This document shows, one piece after another, positions 18,312 through 28,679 of a stretch of 29,203 nucleotides of DNA (position 1 is the first letter of the stretch; each line of letters starts with the position of its first letter). The stretch is from Candidatus Heimdallarchaeota archaeon (GTDB lineage: Archaea; Asgardarchaeota; Wukongarchaeia; Wukongarchaeales; JBHIFL01): positions 1 to 29,203 of the forward strand of contig JBHIFL010000050.1 of NCBI GenBank assembly GCA_046761065.1. Reading direction: 5' to 3'. Below the pieces are notes generated by a model that saw nothing but the letters and a program-made list of their open reading frames with translations, was not told where the DNA came from and searched no databases. The translations under genes and the position numbers were made by a program.

Positions 18312-18986
18312 TTGCTAGAGATAATTCTCTGGATAGTTGCTATCTTGGTACTTCTCGGGATCTTCAGCAGATTATCCCGCATAATCTTGAAGAAATATTT
18401 CCAAAAGGAAGCTTATTTGACGGTCGGAGATAGAGGTATTGCATTTGTTGGTCGGGCGCTTGACAGCCGTGTTCGGAAATGGCTGCAACCTCCCAGAGCA
18501 GTGATTGATTGGGTCGCCATTCATGAAGGGATGCAAGTATTAGAAGTCGGGGCAGGGTCTGGAACATATACAACTGAGGCTGCGAGGCGGCTGGGGGATG
18601 GAAAAGGTACCGTTCATGCTATAGATATACACCCAGGCATGATTAAACTACTCGAGAAAAAGTTGCAAAAGGAACAAATCACCAACGTGACGGTAACAGT
18701 AGCGTCAGCCTGTGACCTTCCCTTCTTGGACAAGTCATTCGACCGTGTTTTCATGATTACGGTCCTGGCGGAAATTCTCAACCGGCAAAAAGCCCTCCTC
18801 GAAATCAGTCATGTGCTAAAAGATGATGGATTATTAGCAGTAGGCGAATTTCTACCTGACGCAGACTATCCCTTGCGGAGAACCGTCATTCGCTGGTGCA
18901 AAGAAGCTGGGTTCGAATTAGTGGATAAATATGGAAGGATTATGCACTACGTACTAACATTTCAGAAGACAACGTCAGATCATTAA
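18312..18986 (+). CDS. Class I SAM-dependent methyltransferase (UbiE-like) with N-terminal TM helix
   Basis: VLEVGAGSG, HAIDI, LPF....FDRVF, VLK..G. Confidence 0.85.
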   Translation: MLEIILWIVAILVLLGIFSRLSRIILKKYFQKEAYLTVGDRGIAFVGRALDSRVRKWLQPPRAVIDWVAIHEGMQVLEVGAGSGTYTTEAARRLGDGKGTVHAIDIHPGMIKLLEKKLQKEQITNVTVTVASACDLPFLDKSFDRVFMITVLAEILNRQKALLEISHVLKDDGLLAVGEFLPDADYPLRRTVIRWCKEAGFELVDKYGRIMHYVLTFQKTTSDH

Positions 18987-19336
18987 GCAGTTAAAATTGA
19001 TCTAACAGTCGTGGCTAATGATCTACTTCTTTTTTCACTGGGGAAGATGTTTTTCTGTATTCTGTATAGAGATCCCTCTCAAAATGCTATTCTTATTGAA
19101 AAACCCAATCAAGGTCAAAGTCCTACCCTCCAAAATGAGTCCTAGAAACCTTGGTCACAGAGGAGGTAACCGGTGGATGACGGTAACCAACAGTGGAGAG
19201 CTGTCACCGAGGCTGTGGCTATGGTAATCCTCTAAATAAACCATGGTTAGGAGTTTCAACACAAGGCGATAAGACAATTTTATTAAAAAAAGGAACGAGT
19301 GACTGGAATCTGACGGACGTGGTCTCACTGGTCGAT

Positions 19337-20605
19337 GTGTCAAAGCACGTAACTGAGGTTTCGAAGGAGGAGCTCCAACGGATCGCCCTCGCAGGCACGC
19401 ACTTGCACAAATGGCAAGGGGAAGGGACTGAAGGACTCAGGAAAGTCATTAAGGAACAAGCCATAGTCCAGTTAGACCCCCTGAATCCCGCGGGAAGGGA
19501 GCACGATATCTTCTTCGCTGCTCGAGTACGGGACTACAAGATCGGGCAGTTTGAGGTGGTGGCTTATCCGGAGAGATTGATATTCGAGAGTTATGGTTAC
19601 CACGGACACTTCTAGGGCATACTTTGCGCTTTCGCAATAGAACACTTCCCATTATACTACTCCCGCATGGATCGGGAATTCCTTGGAAAGCATGTCCTCC
19701 GTCAGCATGAAGGGTTAGAGAAAGATCATCCCAATTTGCTTGATTCAGTGGAAGAGTATGTTCAAGAACATGGCGAGACGAGTGGTGATGATCTAAAAGA
19801 ACTGGGGAAGGCAGACCCGTCCTATGCGGCTTGGAGGTCTGGACGGCTAGGGGGAACTGCTCTAGAGACCCTGTGGTCACTAGGTAGGCTGGTCGTTTCA
19901 CGCAGGGACATGAACTTCAGGAAGGCATATGACTTCACTGAGCGCTTCATTCCGCGCGAACTCGTGCATAAGGTAGACTTCGACAAGGAGGAATTTGCCT
20001 TCCAAGACTTTGTGCTTAAGCAGAAGAGCTTTCCACTAATCTATCTTGGGAATCTATCACAGAAAAAATCGGGAGGGAAAGAAGGACTCTTCACCATGAG
20101 GAAGTCAAAACGCTTCGATCCAACCATCTTTAAACACGGGGGGGATGATGTACCTGTCATTCTCAAACCAGAGGGGTCTAAGATAGCCATAGCTGCCCCT
20201 CCTCACTGGGAGAAACTCTCTGCACTTACTCCTGACAATGAAATGAGAGCTATTGGTCCACTCGACCCACTCATCTGGGACCGCCGCATTACAGAGGAGG
20301 TATTCGACTTTGAGTACGCATGGGAGGTCTACAAGCGTGCAAATGAAAGGAGGTGGGGCTATTATGTTTATCCACTCCTCTACCTTGGGCAGCTCATCGC
20401 AAGGCTCGAAGTGAAGTTCGACAAGAAGACGAAAACTCTGACATTCTTTAATTTCCAGGCCGAAGAACATTATCCACGGGAGAATCGGACTGAAGACGCC
20501 TTGTTGAGGCTCATCACTCGCTGGGGAAGGGCGATAGACGCGACAACGATTCGCACTGACGAGAGTCTGAGGAAATACGGGTGTGACCAAGAAATTCAGC
20601 TATAG
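19337..20605 (+). pseudogene. YcaQ/AlkZ-like (HTH_42) interstrand-crosslink DNA glycosylase interrupted by an in-frame TAG (19613-19615)
   Basis: VQLDPLN QxD motif before the TAG; GPLDPLIWDR and WEVY....RRWGYYVYP after it, in the same frame. Start uncertain; pseudogene versus read-through unresolved. Confidence 0.75.
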
Positions 20606-20710
20606 CCGAAATACCCCTCCACCGATCCGAAACTACCTTTTTTAGTTGTTATAGACAATTATGGATTATAATATCAATAACCCCTTCTCTTTAACCAAAA
20701 GACATATAAC

Positions 20711-20759
20711 ATGAATAGGATGATTTACATGATAAGAATGACTAGGATGATTTGAATGA
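20711..20759 (+). repeat. 9-bp-period ATGA repeat array directly upstream of the AbrB-like gene
   Basis: ATGA at 20711, 20720, 20729, 20738, 20747 and 20756; TAGGATGATTT repeated at 27-bp spacing. Confidence 0.85.
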
Positions 20760-21031
20760 CAGAAGTTGCAAAAGGGAAATACATCTATGGAATTGCAACG
20801 GTGGGAGAAAGAGGCCAGATTGTAATCCCTAAAAAAGCACGTGAACACTTTAAAATTGAACCGGGAGACAAACTCCTCGTCATGGGGGACATAAAAAAAG
20901 GGATAGCCATACAAAAAACTGGAGTCATGAAAGATTTTGCCGTAAAAGTCTTAGGAGTTTTCAGTAAAGAAGAAAGCCCCGCCACCAGTGAAGAAGGAAA
21001 TAACGAGGGGCATTCCGACGATGAGGGATGA
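20756..21031 (+). CDS. AbrB/MazE/SpoVT family DNA-binding protein
   Basis: ATVGERGQIVIPKKAREHFKIEPGDKLLV. Confidence 0.92.
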   Translation: MTEVAKGKYIYGIATVGERGQIVIPKKAREHFKIEPGDKLLVMGDIKKGIAIQKTGVMKDFAVKVLGVFSKEESPATSEEGNNEGHSDDEG

Positions 21032-21035
21032 AATT

Positions 21036-21854
21036 ATGACAAACCCTTCTGCAGCGTCACCCTTGATATCCCATGAAAAACCTAAATATGGCCTGTATGC
21101 CCCTATCTTCTTAGTAGTAGTGTTGATCATCACTGGCATTGGGATAGGACTCTTAGTTTTAAATTATTTCTGGTCAAAAACAGTTTTAACCGTCTTAGGA
21201 TGGATTATAACAATTTTTGGACTCTATCACACATTTGTGTATCTCGGCTGGAGTTTTTTTGCCATTTCGGACGAACCGACCCCATGGAAGCAGGTTTTCA
21301 AACTAATAAAAGTGGACATTGATCAACCCCTTGAAATCTTAGATGTTGGCTGCGGAACTGGCCGAAACGCGTTGAAGATCGCAAAAGTAATGAAGAACAG
21401 TAATCTGTATGGCATTGATCTCTTCTTAGGAACTATGGTTCAAGGGAATGCTCTCTGGCGGGTTCAACGGAATGCTGAGTTAGAAGGTGTCGCTCAGAGG
21501 TGTGAATTTAAGGAGGGCGCAGCACAGGACATTCCTTATCCAGACAACAAATTTGATGTGGTTACGATGGGGTCCGTACTCCATGAGATCCATGCAGGCC
21601 GCGAAGAACAACTGAAAGCGCTTAATGAGGTTTATCGTGTTCTGATACCAGAGGGGACCTTCCTCACTATGGAGTTCGTGACCAATAAACTACGCACGAA
21701 GCTTTTGTTCAGTGTTTTTATCAAGTTGGCAGGCTTCAAGAGCAGGGATTATTGGATAAACTTGTTGCAGGACTCCAAGCTGACAGATCTTCAGGTGTAT
21801 GATGCATCCGTCAAAGGAATGGATCTATTCATCACCAAGAAGGCCGAAACCTGA
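21036..21854 (+). CDS. Membrane-anchored class I SAM methyltransferase
   Basis: Two N-terminal TM helices; ILDVGCGTG, GIDL, IPYPDNKFDVV, EVYRVL.P.G. Start could be 21021 or 20988. Confidence 0.85.
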   Translation: MTNPSAASPLISHEKPKYGLYAPIFLVVVLIITGIGIGLLVLNYFWSKTVLTVLGWIITIFGLYHTFVYLGWSFFAISDEPTPWKQVFKLIKVDIDQPLEILDVGCGTGRNALKIAKVMKNSNLYGIDLFLGTMVQGNALWRVQRNAELEGVAQRCEFKEGAAQDIPYPDNKFDVVTMGSVLHEIHAGREEQLKALNEVYRVLIPEGTFLTMEFVTNKLRTKLLFSVFIKLAGFKSRDYWINLLQDSKLTDLQVYDASVKGMDLFITKKAET

Positions 21855-22065
21855 TCCCACCTCTTTTCTCTTATCAAACAAGAAGTTGTTATTTCCAATC
21901 GCCGATAAACCCCACATTGAGGCTTCAGTTTTCATTCTCACCCTATCGGATGGAGTCTTCCTGCCGATCAAGTTAAAAATTCACCATCCCATCGTCTGCT
22001 ATTAGGTTCCAAGAGTTTCAGGAAACACCAATAAGATATTACAGAAAAAAAGACTGTGGGTTTTT

Positions 22066-23304
22066 ATGAGAGTCCATATCATCCCTTTCTTTTCTCCCCT
22101 TGCGCAGAGCAAATGGAAAACCAGTGTAGTGAACCAATTAGCGGAATCCGGTGCTCAGATTATTACGCCGGAGGATTTTCTCAATAAGGAATTAAAACGC
22201 AATCGAACTGTTCTTGATCAACACAACTATATTTTCGTTGGTACGGGCGGAACAGAGAATTTTATTGCCCCGTTTCTTTCAAAAACCAAGTTACGACCAC
22301 CTATCATCCTCTTAAGTTATGACAGGAATAATTCGTTACCTGCTGCGATGGAAACTCGCGCATACCTGCACCAAAATCACTTCACATCTCGTATTATTCA
22401 CGCAACTTTACCTCAACTTATCGAGAGGATCCGGGAATGGTGTGAATTTGCAGAAATTGAGACCAATATTCGAAACAGTCGAATAGGAATTGTAGGCAAG
22501 CCCTCTTCTTGGTTAATTGCCTCTAGTGTGAATCCCTCTGCCGTTCAACAACGATGGGGCGTAACCATTGAAGAATATCCTCTGACTAAAATAGTTGACA
22601 ACTTGAAAGACAAGTTATCGGAAGAATACAAGGTGACCTTAGACCAGTTTATTGGGCGTGCGGCCTGTTCAGATATCCCAGAGGATGAGATAAGAAAAGC
22701 CGGATTAGTCACCCAAGCCCTGCTTGAATTTGTACGGAAAAATAATCTCGACGCGATGACACTTGAATGCTTCACGCTCTTGGAGAAGATCAATATTACT
22801 GGGTGTCATGCACTCTCGCATCTGAATGATCTAGCAGGCTTTACAGCAGGTTGTGAAGGGGATGTACCTACAACCTTTACAATGATGCTCGCCAAACTGC
22901 TAACCCAACGACCCGTATTCATGGCAAATGTTGTAGATGTTGATATTGATGCTCATTCCGTTGTCTTTGCCCACTGTACCGTTCCAACGACAATCCTTGA
23001 GGGCTATGAGATTACAACACACTTCGAATCTGGTAAGAGCATGGCGATACGGGGGAAATTCAACCCCCAGGAGATTACCGTTCTGAAAGTTTTTGGTGAG
23101 GATCTTTCAGACTTTTGGATCTCTAGAGGAGTCATCACAGAAAATCTGACCAATGAACAAGGCTGTCGGACACAGATACGAGTAAGACTCACAGAATCTG
23201 TGAGTTACTTCCTGGAAGAGTCACTGGCAAACCACCATGTAGTCATTCCAGGTGATCATTACAGGAAGCTACAAGAGTTCTTCTCTTTCACATTTAGGCA
23301 ATGA
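22066..23304 (+). CDS. L-fucose/L-arabinose isomerase-like protein
   Basis: TGGTE, NSLPAAME, GCEGD, FMAN, AHCT, CRTQI, NHHVV..GD. Confidence 0.8.
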   Translation: MRVHIIPFFSPLAQSKWKTSVVNQLAESGAQIITPEDFLNKELKRNRTVLDQHNYIFVGTGGTENFIAPFLSKTKLRPPIILLSYDRNNSLPAAMETRAYLHQNHFTSRIIHATLPQLIERIREWCEFAEIETNIRNSRIGIVGKPSSWLIASSVNPSAVQQRWGVTIEEYPLTKIVDNLKDKLSEEYKVTLDQFIGRAACSDIPEDEIRKAGLVTQALLEFVRKNNLDAMTLECFTLLEKINITGCHALSHLNDLAGFTAGCEGDVPTTFTMMLAKLLTQRPVFMANVVDVDIDAHSVVFAHCTVPTTILEGYEITTHFESGKSMAIRGKFNPQEITVLKVFGEDLSDFWISRGVITENLTNEQGCRTQIRVRLTESVSYFLEESLANHHVVIPGDHYRKLQEFFSFTFRQ

Positions 23305-23648
23305 GAATGGGCTATCCATGCTCTCTACGTACCTAGGAGGGGATTGAAATAGCAATGTGATTTAAAATTACTATTCTCTGCTGAAACAGTGGTAAAAGCA
23401 CTGAATGAGATAGAAAATGAAGGAATTATTATACGAAAAGATAACAGACTTAGCCTTTACACATAATATACCCCTACAGAAACTCGAGATAAATGAAAAA
23501 TCAAAACATGGTCTGTATGCGCCTAACGACCCAAGATTTCGATTCCGTGAAATAAAACTGATTAACTACGAACCCTTTGTCGCTATTCGAAACCTATATA
23601 TTCTCTATAGTACCCTATAGATTATATTGAAAGGGGTGGAATCATTAA

Positions 23649-24164
23649 ATGCAAAAAAGTCTCCCAATATTAGAACAGTTTGCGGAGAAGCATATCGCGT
23701 CTACGAACGAGTGTGTTCCGACCTCTAAAGATCCAATAAACATCTTGTTGCAGTTTTATCGGGGTGAAATCGCTCGAAGTAACACATATCGAAGAACCAT
23801 AGATTCCCCAACTAGTTGGGCTGTATTGTTATGGACATTTACCCTTTCACTCTATTTGTCCCTCCCCGACTCGCCCTGGTTCACTCCCCTATTGTTAATT
23901 CCCTTGTTAATCTTCTTATTAAGAAAAGAGATTCATCGAACGCAAAAATATCATTCAGCTCTCACGCGAGCAAAGATGTTGCAAGCTATTCTCGTTGAGT
24001 GTATTGCTTCCTCATCGATTTCAATTGATCACCTAAAGGAGGCATTGGCTTTTGATAAAACAGATCTCTCCTTTTGGAAGATTGGAGAGGCTCGATTTTT
24101 TTCGACTTACGCCATGTTAATTGTATTAAGCTTCTTTGTAGTCCTAGTAAAGCTGTCTGTTTAA
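23649..24164 (+). CDS. DUF2270 family membrane protein
   Basis: FYRGEIARSNTYRRTIDSPTSWAV followed by TM helices. Confidence 0.75.
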   Translation: MQKSLPILEQFAEKHIASTNECVPTSKDPINILLQFYRGEIARSNTYRRTIDSPTSWAVLLWTFTLSLYLSLPDSPWFTPLLLIPLLIFLLRKEIHRTQKYHSALTRAKMLQAILVECIASSSISIDHLKEALAFDKTDLSFWKIGEARFFSTYAMLIVLSFFVVLVKLSV

Positions 24165-24197
24165 CTAAGTTTATTACAAATGAGCTAAACGAGAGAA

Positions 24198-25349
24198 TTA
24201 GACAGAAAAGTCAATTGTGTCATCAAGTCGTTTAACAAAGGAGCCCAAGCGTTGTAGTGCTTGCAGCGCCTGTTTTTTCCCTATTTTCGATTCTTCGATC
24301 CCTTGGCGGAGAATTTGAATGGATTGGTCCATGGCTTGCCGATCTACAGGAAATGGCAAGCCGTCCTTGCCGCCCACAGCAAAGGCGAATTTCGCAGGAT
24401 CTTTCCAGCTGGCGGTGGTCCCCCAAATGACTTCGGCTACTAAAGCCAAGCCCCGAATCGTAGCAGGACCAAGCCCTCGAACCAAGAGGAGGCCCGCAAA
24501 GTTCTCGGGTTGGAGTTCGTATGCGGTTTGAATCGCCCCCCAGTTGATCCGCCACGGCATGTGCAAAATTCTTGCAGAGCGGTCGAGTTCGGGACCGGTC
24601 AGCCACTTGTCAAGCGAAGCTTGGCCTTTCGGACGGTGAGCCTTAGCTAGAGAAGTGTAAAGCCGTTTCAAGTTCGTGGGATTGTCGGTGATTAAATCGA
24701 CTGCCGCTTTCCGAGCGGTTTCACTGCCGCCCGCGGTCATATCTAGTACATTATTCCTAACGAAATTGCAGGCGATCTTCTCCCCAGTGTTTGCCACAAA
24801 GCTTTTGACGTCAGAAGAGAGCCAATGATATCTCCGAGCGGATTTATCCAGTTCACTCATTCCTTGCTGAATAACTGCCCAATCGCCAGAATCTGTAACA
24901 ATCATGGTGTGGTGATAGAGATGGTACCCATCTTGAATTGCGGCACTGTCTACCTTCGCGATAAGACGGCTTGCCTTACGAAGCGCGGCGACTTTTGCTT
25001 CCGAAAAATCAAATGCTGCCCCAATTCTTTCAAGATCGTAGGGAGTTCTCTTTGATCTTTTGCCTTTACCTCCTGCGACCGCCATATGATGCTTCTCAGT
25101 GTCTAGAACTGTTCGCATAACCCCTGTCAGAACTGTTGTGGTGCCGGACGAATGCCAATCATACCCAAGGACGCAAGCCAAACTTTGAAACCAAAAGGGG
25201 TCCGAAATACGCGTCAGAAGCTCCTTAGGCCCATATTCGTCAAGGATCACATCAAAGATACACTCCGCAAGGATCCTCATCCGTTTGATTAACCAACGGG
25301 GGGCCTTACCCGGGTGTAATGGCAATGAAGCAACTCCCATTCGTGGCAT
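24198..25349 (-). CDS. DUF763 domain protein
   Basis: LPLHPGKAPRWL, DPFWFQS..CVLG.DWHSSG.TT, QDGY.LYHH, ARRYHW, F.FA.GGKDG.PFPV. Confidence 0.92.
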   Translation of the reverse strand: MPRMGVASLPLHPGKAPRWLIKRMRILAECIFDVILDEYGPKELLTRISDPFWFQSLACVLGYDWHSSGTTTVLTGVMRTVLDTEKHHMAVAGGKGKRSKRTPYDLERIGAAFDFSEAKVAALRKASRLIAKVDSAAIQDGYHLYHHTMIVTDSGDWAVIQQGMSELDKSARRYHWLSSDVKSFVANTGEKIACNFVRNNVLDMTAGGSETARKAAVDLITDNPTNLKRLYTSLAKAHRPKGQASLDKWLTGPELDRSARILHMPWRINWGAIQTAYELQPENFAGLLLVRGLGPATIRGLALVAEVIWGTTASWKDPAKFAFAVGGKDGLPFPVDRQAMDQSIQILRQGIEESKIGKKQALQALQRLGSFVKRLDDTIDFSV

Positions 25350-25453
25350 ACTCAGTGTTTCTCCTCATAGTGGAATTTCTGGACTTAATACTAACTAAAG
25401 CATAAGGAAAGAGTTTTTTTTGTTTCTGCCAGCTCCTCCGTATTGGTTCCTAA

Positions 25454-26314
25454 TTATTCTCGAACCACAGGAACAAATTCGACCCCGGGGCGTTTTGGTT
25501 TGTACTCCATCCGGTACAACCGCATAAGGGTGTAAATCTCAGGTGGAATTTCTTTCTGAACACATTCACCTAGGAGTGCTTTAATCGCTGAGGCGGTTAA
25601 GGGATAATCATGTGTGTATTTCCCGGAAGCCAATTCTTCCAAGATCTTATCAACTTGCTCCTTATCGAACTTATCACTCACTAACACGCGGACAAAGTCT
25701 TCCGTCTGGCGTAGCGCCTTCTTCGCTTCTTCTGCGAGCACTAAGGTTCTGTCATCCACTCGGTTAATATGCTTCGCCTCCACAATCTTAAGAAGGGAGG
25801 ATGCCGGATAAACCCCTTGTTGATCCCCCAATTGAGGATCAAATGGCCCCATGACCGCGTGGGGATCCATGCAAATCTCATCAGCGGCCAGAGCGATGAG
25901 GCAGCCGCCACTCATGGCATAGTGGGGCACAATGACGCGTGTAGGGGCAGGATGATCTTTTAGGGCCAATGCAATTTGTGTTGCTGCGAGCGCAATACCT
26001 CCGGGGGTATGAATGATCAAGTCAATTGGAGTGTTCGGATCTGCAGCTCTAATTGCTCGCAGAACCTCTTCACTATCATCGATGTCGATGTACCGCCTTA
26101 GAGGGATCCCAAAGAACGCAATGATTTCCTGCCGATGAATGAGCGTAATGGTGGTGGCTTTTCGCATTTTGGCAATTTTACGGAGTAGCTTTCGCCGCGC
26201 CGAATTAAGACGAGCCCGTTGGAGCTGCGGTACCAGGAATAAAAGGATGAAAATTATAATCCAGAGATTATTCAGGATGGATTGAAAGGATCCCAGATTC
26301 AGTCCATTGGTCAT
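25454..26314 (-). CDS. ClpP/SppA-like serine protease (SDH_sah family)
   Basis: IHRQE, IHTPGG, PHYAMSGG, GP.DPQ, THDYP; N-terminal TM helix. Confidence 0.9.
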   Translation of the reverse strand: MTNGLNLGSFQSILNNLWIIIFILLFLVPQLQRARLNSARRKLLRKIAKMRKATTITLIHRQEIIAFFGIPLRRYIDIDDSEEVLRAIRAADPNTPIDLIIHTPGGIALAATQIALALKDHPAPTRVIVPHYAMSGGCLIALAADEICMDPHAVMGPFDPQLGDQQGVYPASSLLKIVEAKHINRVDDRTLVLAEEAKKALRQTEDFVRVLVSDKFDKEQVDKILEELASGKYTHDYPLTASAIKALLGECVQKEIPPEIYTLMRLYRMEYKPKRPGVEFVPVVRE

Positions 26315-26582
26315 GTTTTTCCCACACTTCACGAAGCTCTATACACCTTAAGCAATAGTAAACGTACGCAAGCTTAATTTGTTTCCATCAGTTCAAACCC
26401 GAAATGCGTCTCTTATGTTCAAAAAGGGCTCGGACGACACAAGCCAGCTTTTCTTGTTTAATTCCTAACGAATTTCAAGCGTCAAGGGAGTTGCGCTTTT
26501 TGTTTGAATATGCTTGGGTACTATGATTGTGTTTTCTTCGTTCCAGACAAGAATGAAGGACTTGATCAATCGGGAGAGATAA

Positions 26583-27320
26583 TTATTTTATTAGGATCTT
26601 CTGGATGTCGCTAAAATTGGAAACGATAGCATCCGGTGCGAATTCACCAAACTCATGAGTAACATACTTCTTAGCCGGATCGAAAAGAATCGTCTTCATG
26701 CCGATTTTCTTAGCGGCAAGATCTGCTTCCACAGTATCCCCAATCATGACACCCTCCTCCGGCTTCATCCGAGTTGCGCGGAGTGCGTAACGGAAAATTC
26801 TCAAATCGGGTTTGTTGTACCCTATCTCCTCACTAATTAGGATCCAATCAAAGATTTCATACAAGCCCAACCAGCGTAACTTATTGCGCTGGAGATCAGA
26901 GGGACCATTGGATAGTATAGCCAACTGATACTGTTTTTTTAACCGATAGAGACCCCTTTTCACCCCAGGAAAGATCTGCACACAGTCCTTTCTTAGTCGT
27001 ACAAACGTATCAGCAAGTTCCACGACCAGCGAGTGGTTCCGGATCTTGAGCAGCTGAAGCATCTGGCGAACGCGATAGTGTGGATCCCATGGCACCGCTA
27101 CCTGGAGGGTTCCCTCTCGATACTCCTTGATTAGTTTTGCGACCAGTTTTCGGTGCACCTCAAGGAATTCAGCTTCGGTTACCGGGACTAACCGATCCCG
27201 AAATTGATGGTAGACCTTCCTTAAGGCGATGGCCATCCCTTTCGAGTTATCATGCAGCGTACCGTCTAAATCGAAAAAAAGCACTTTAATCTTCCCGAAA
27301 AGTGGGGTTCGTGGTGTCAC
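26583..27320 (-). CDS. HAD-IA family hydrolase
   Basis: FFDLDGTL, LSNG, KPD, IGD...D. Confidence 0.9.
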   Translation of the reverse strand: MTPRTPLFGKIKVLFFDLDGTLHDNSKGMAIALRKVYHQFRDRLVPVTEAEFLEVHRKLVAKLIKEYREGTLQVAVPWDPHYRVRQMLQLLKIRNHSLVVELADTFVRLRKDCVQIFPGVKRGLYRLKKQYQLAILSNGPSDLQRNKLRWLGLYEIFDWILISEEIGYNKPDLRIFRYALRATRMKPEEGVMIGDTVEADLAAKKIGMKTILFDPAKKYVTHEFGEFAPDAIVSNFSDIQKILIK

Positions 27321-27483
27321 CTTACTCCACCTATGTATTTCACTTGATGCACAAACGCCATTAGGGGAGGGTTCGCGCGAACTTCGAAAGAGGGAACAAA
27401 TTGTATTGCCACAGTTTGTGTTTTTTGCAGAAATATTTTAACCCAAATGCGAGGGATTCTTTTTCACAGTTGGGGGCTGAACA

Positions 27484-28452
27484 ATGGGACATTGGATTGA
27501 TGGTCATTGTGACACAGTGCTGAAAAAATTTTATGAACAACATGAGTTAAAATCCACAGACTTCTCCGAAGAATTCCAAGCCACCAGCGACTTACTTCTA
27601 GAGGGAGGGATAGATGTGCAAGTCGCGGCCATGTGGATTCCCACCGCCTTTGCGAAATTTGGGCTCGATATTGCGCTGGAAATGTTTGGGATTCTTTATG
27701 AAGACGTCCAAAAAGACGCAAAGCTCGTCCAGATCAAGAATAAGAGCGATTTTAGCAAGGTTCAAGTTAAAACAAAACTCGGGTATATTTTAGGGTTAGA
27801 AGGAGCAGAACCTATCGGAAACAACCTGAAACTCCTGCCAGCCTTCTACGAATTGGGTATACGCCTCATCACCCTGACTTGGAGCCGTAAGAACATGTTT
27901 GGAGAAGGTGTCCAGAAGGAGGTTAGGCTCGATGAAGGAGAAGGGTTGTCGCAGTTGGGGAAGCAGCTGGTTGCGGCGATGAATGAGCTGGGGATTGTGG
28001 TGGATGTCGCCCATCTCAATCGAAACGGCTTCCAAGATGTTGTCAAACACTCCAAGAGCCCATTTATTGCTTCCCATACATGTGCCTACTCGCTTGTAGA
28101 ACACGAACGGAATCTCTCGGATGAGCAAATCAAACTAATTGCCGAGTCGGATGGCTGTATTGGGATTACATTTGTGCCTGAATTTCTGGTGCCAAACCCA
28201 AAGAAAGAACCCGCAACCATTGAACACGTCATTGAGCACTTGCAATACGTAGTCGATCTGGTGGGGATCGATTATGTAGGTCTGGGGAGCGACTTTGATG
28301 GGATAGATAAGGCGCCTATTGGTCTCGAGAATGCCAGCAAGTTCAAGGAACTACTCCCTCACCTCAAAGAAAAAGGCTTTTCTAAGAAGGATATTGACAA
28401 AATCATGGGTGAAAACTGGCATCGAGTGTTTCGAGCGGTCTGGACGTCCTGA
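27484..28452 (+). CDS. Membrane dipeptidase (peptidase M19)
   Basis: DGHCDT, GLEG, DVAH, ASH, RNLSDE, GSDFDG. Confidence 0.93.
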   Translation: MGHWIDGHCDTVLKKFYEQHELKSTDFSEEFQATSDLLLEGGIDVQVAAMWIPTAFAKFGLDIALEMFGILYEDVQKDAKLVQIKNKSDFSKVQVKTKLGYILGLEGAEPIGNNLKLLPAFYELGIRLITLTWSRKNMFGEGVQKEVRLDEGEGLSQLGKQLVAAMNELGIVVDVAHLNRNGFQDVVKHSKSPFIASHTCAYSLVEHERNLSDEQIKLIAESDGCIGITFVPEFLVPNPKKEPATIEHVIEHLQYVVDLVGIDYVGLGSDFDGIDKAPIGLENASKFKELLPHLKEKGFSKKDIDKIMGENWHRVFRAVWTS

Positions 28453-28679
28453 GTGATCTTTTAAAAGGATAAGCCAAGAATAACAACGCAAGTAGTTTTG
28501 AACCTTCGAGGATTTGTTTCAGAGACCTTTTCGGCGAGAGTTATGGATTCTATTCTCTCTGTTCCAATGATTCCCGTCAAAGTGGGGTAAGATTGGAGAA
28601 TAATCTACGCGTAGCGAGACCATGTAGTTTAGGGAACACATGTCCAGTTCGTGTTCCCGTTCAAGAATTAAGACTGTCA

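Noticed and set aside
23417-23620. 67-aa ORF before DUF2270
   Set aside because: No recognisable motif; cannot be supported from sequence alone
27361-27492. Small ORF with C-x4-C...FCKKH resembling an AN1 zinc finger
   Set aside because: Lacks most AN1 ligands, overlaps the dipeptidase start and occupies the divergent promoter region
170-28128. Many antisense or alternate-frame ORFs in the track (for example 170-715, 12616-13221, 20105-20590)
   Set aside because: Shadows of well-supported genes
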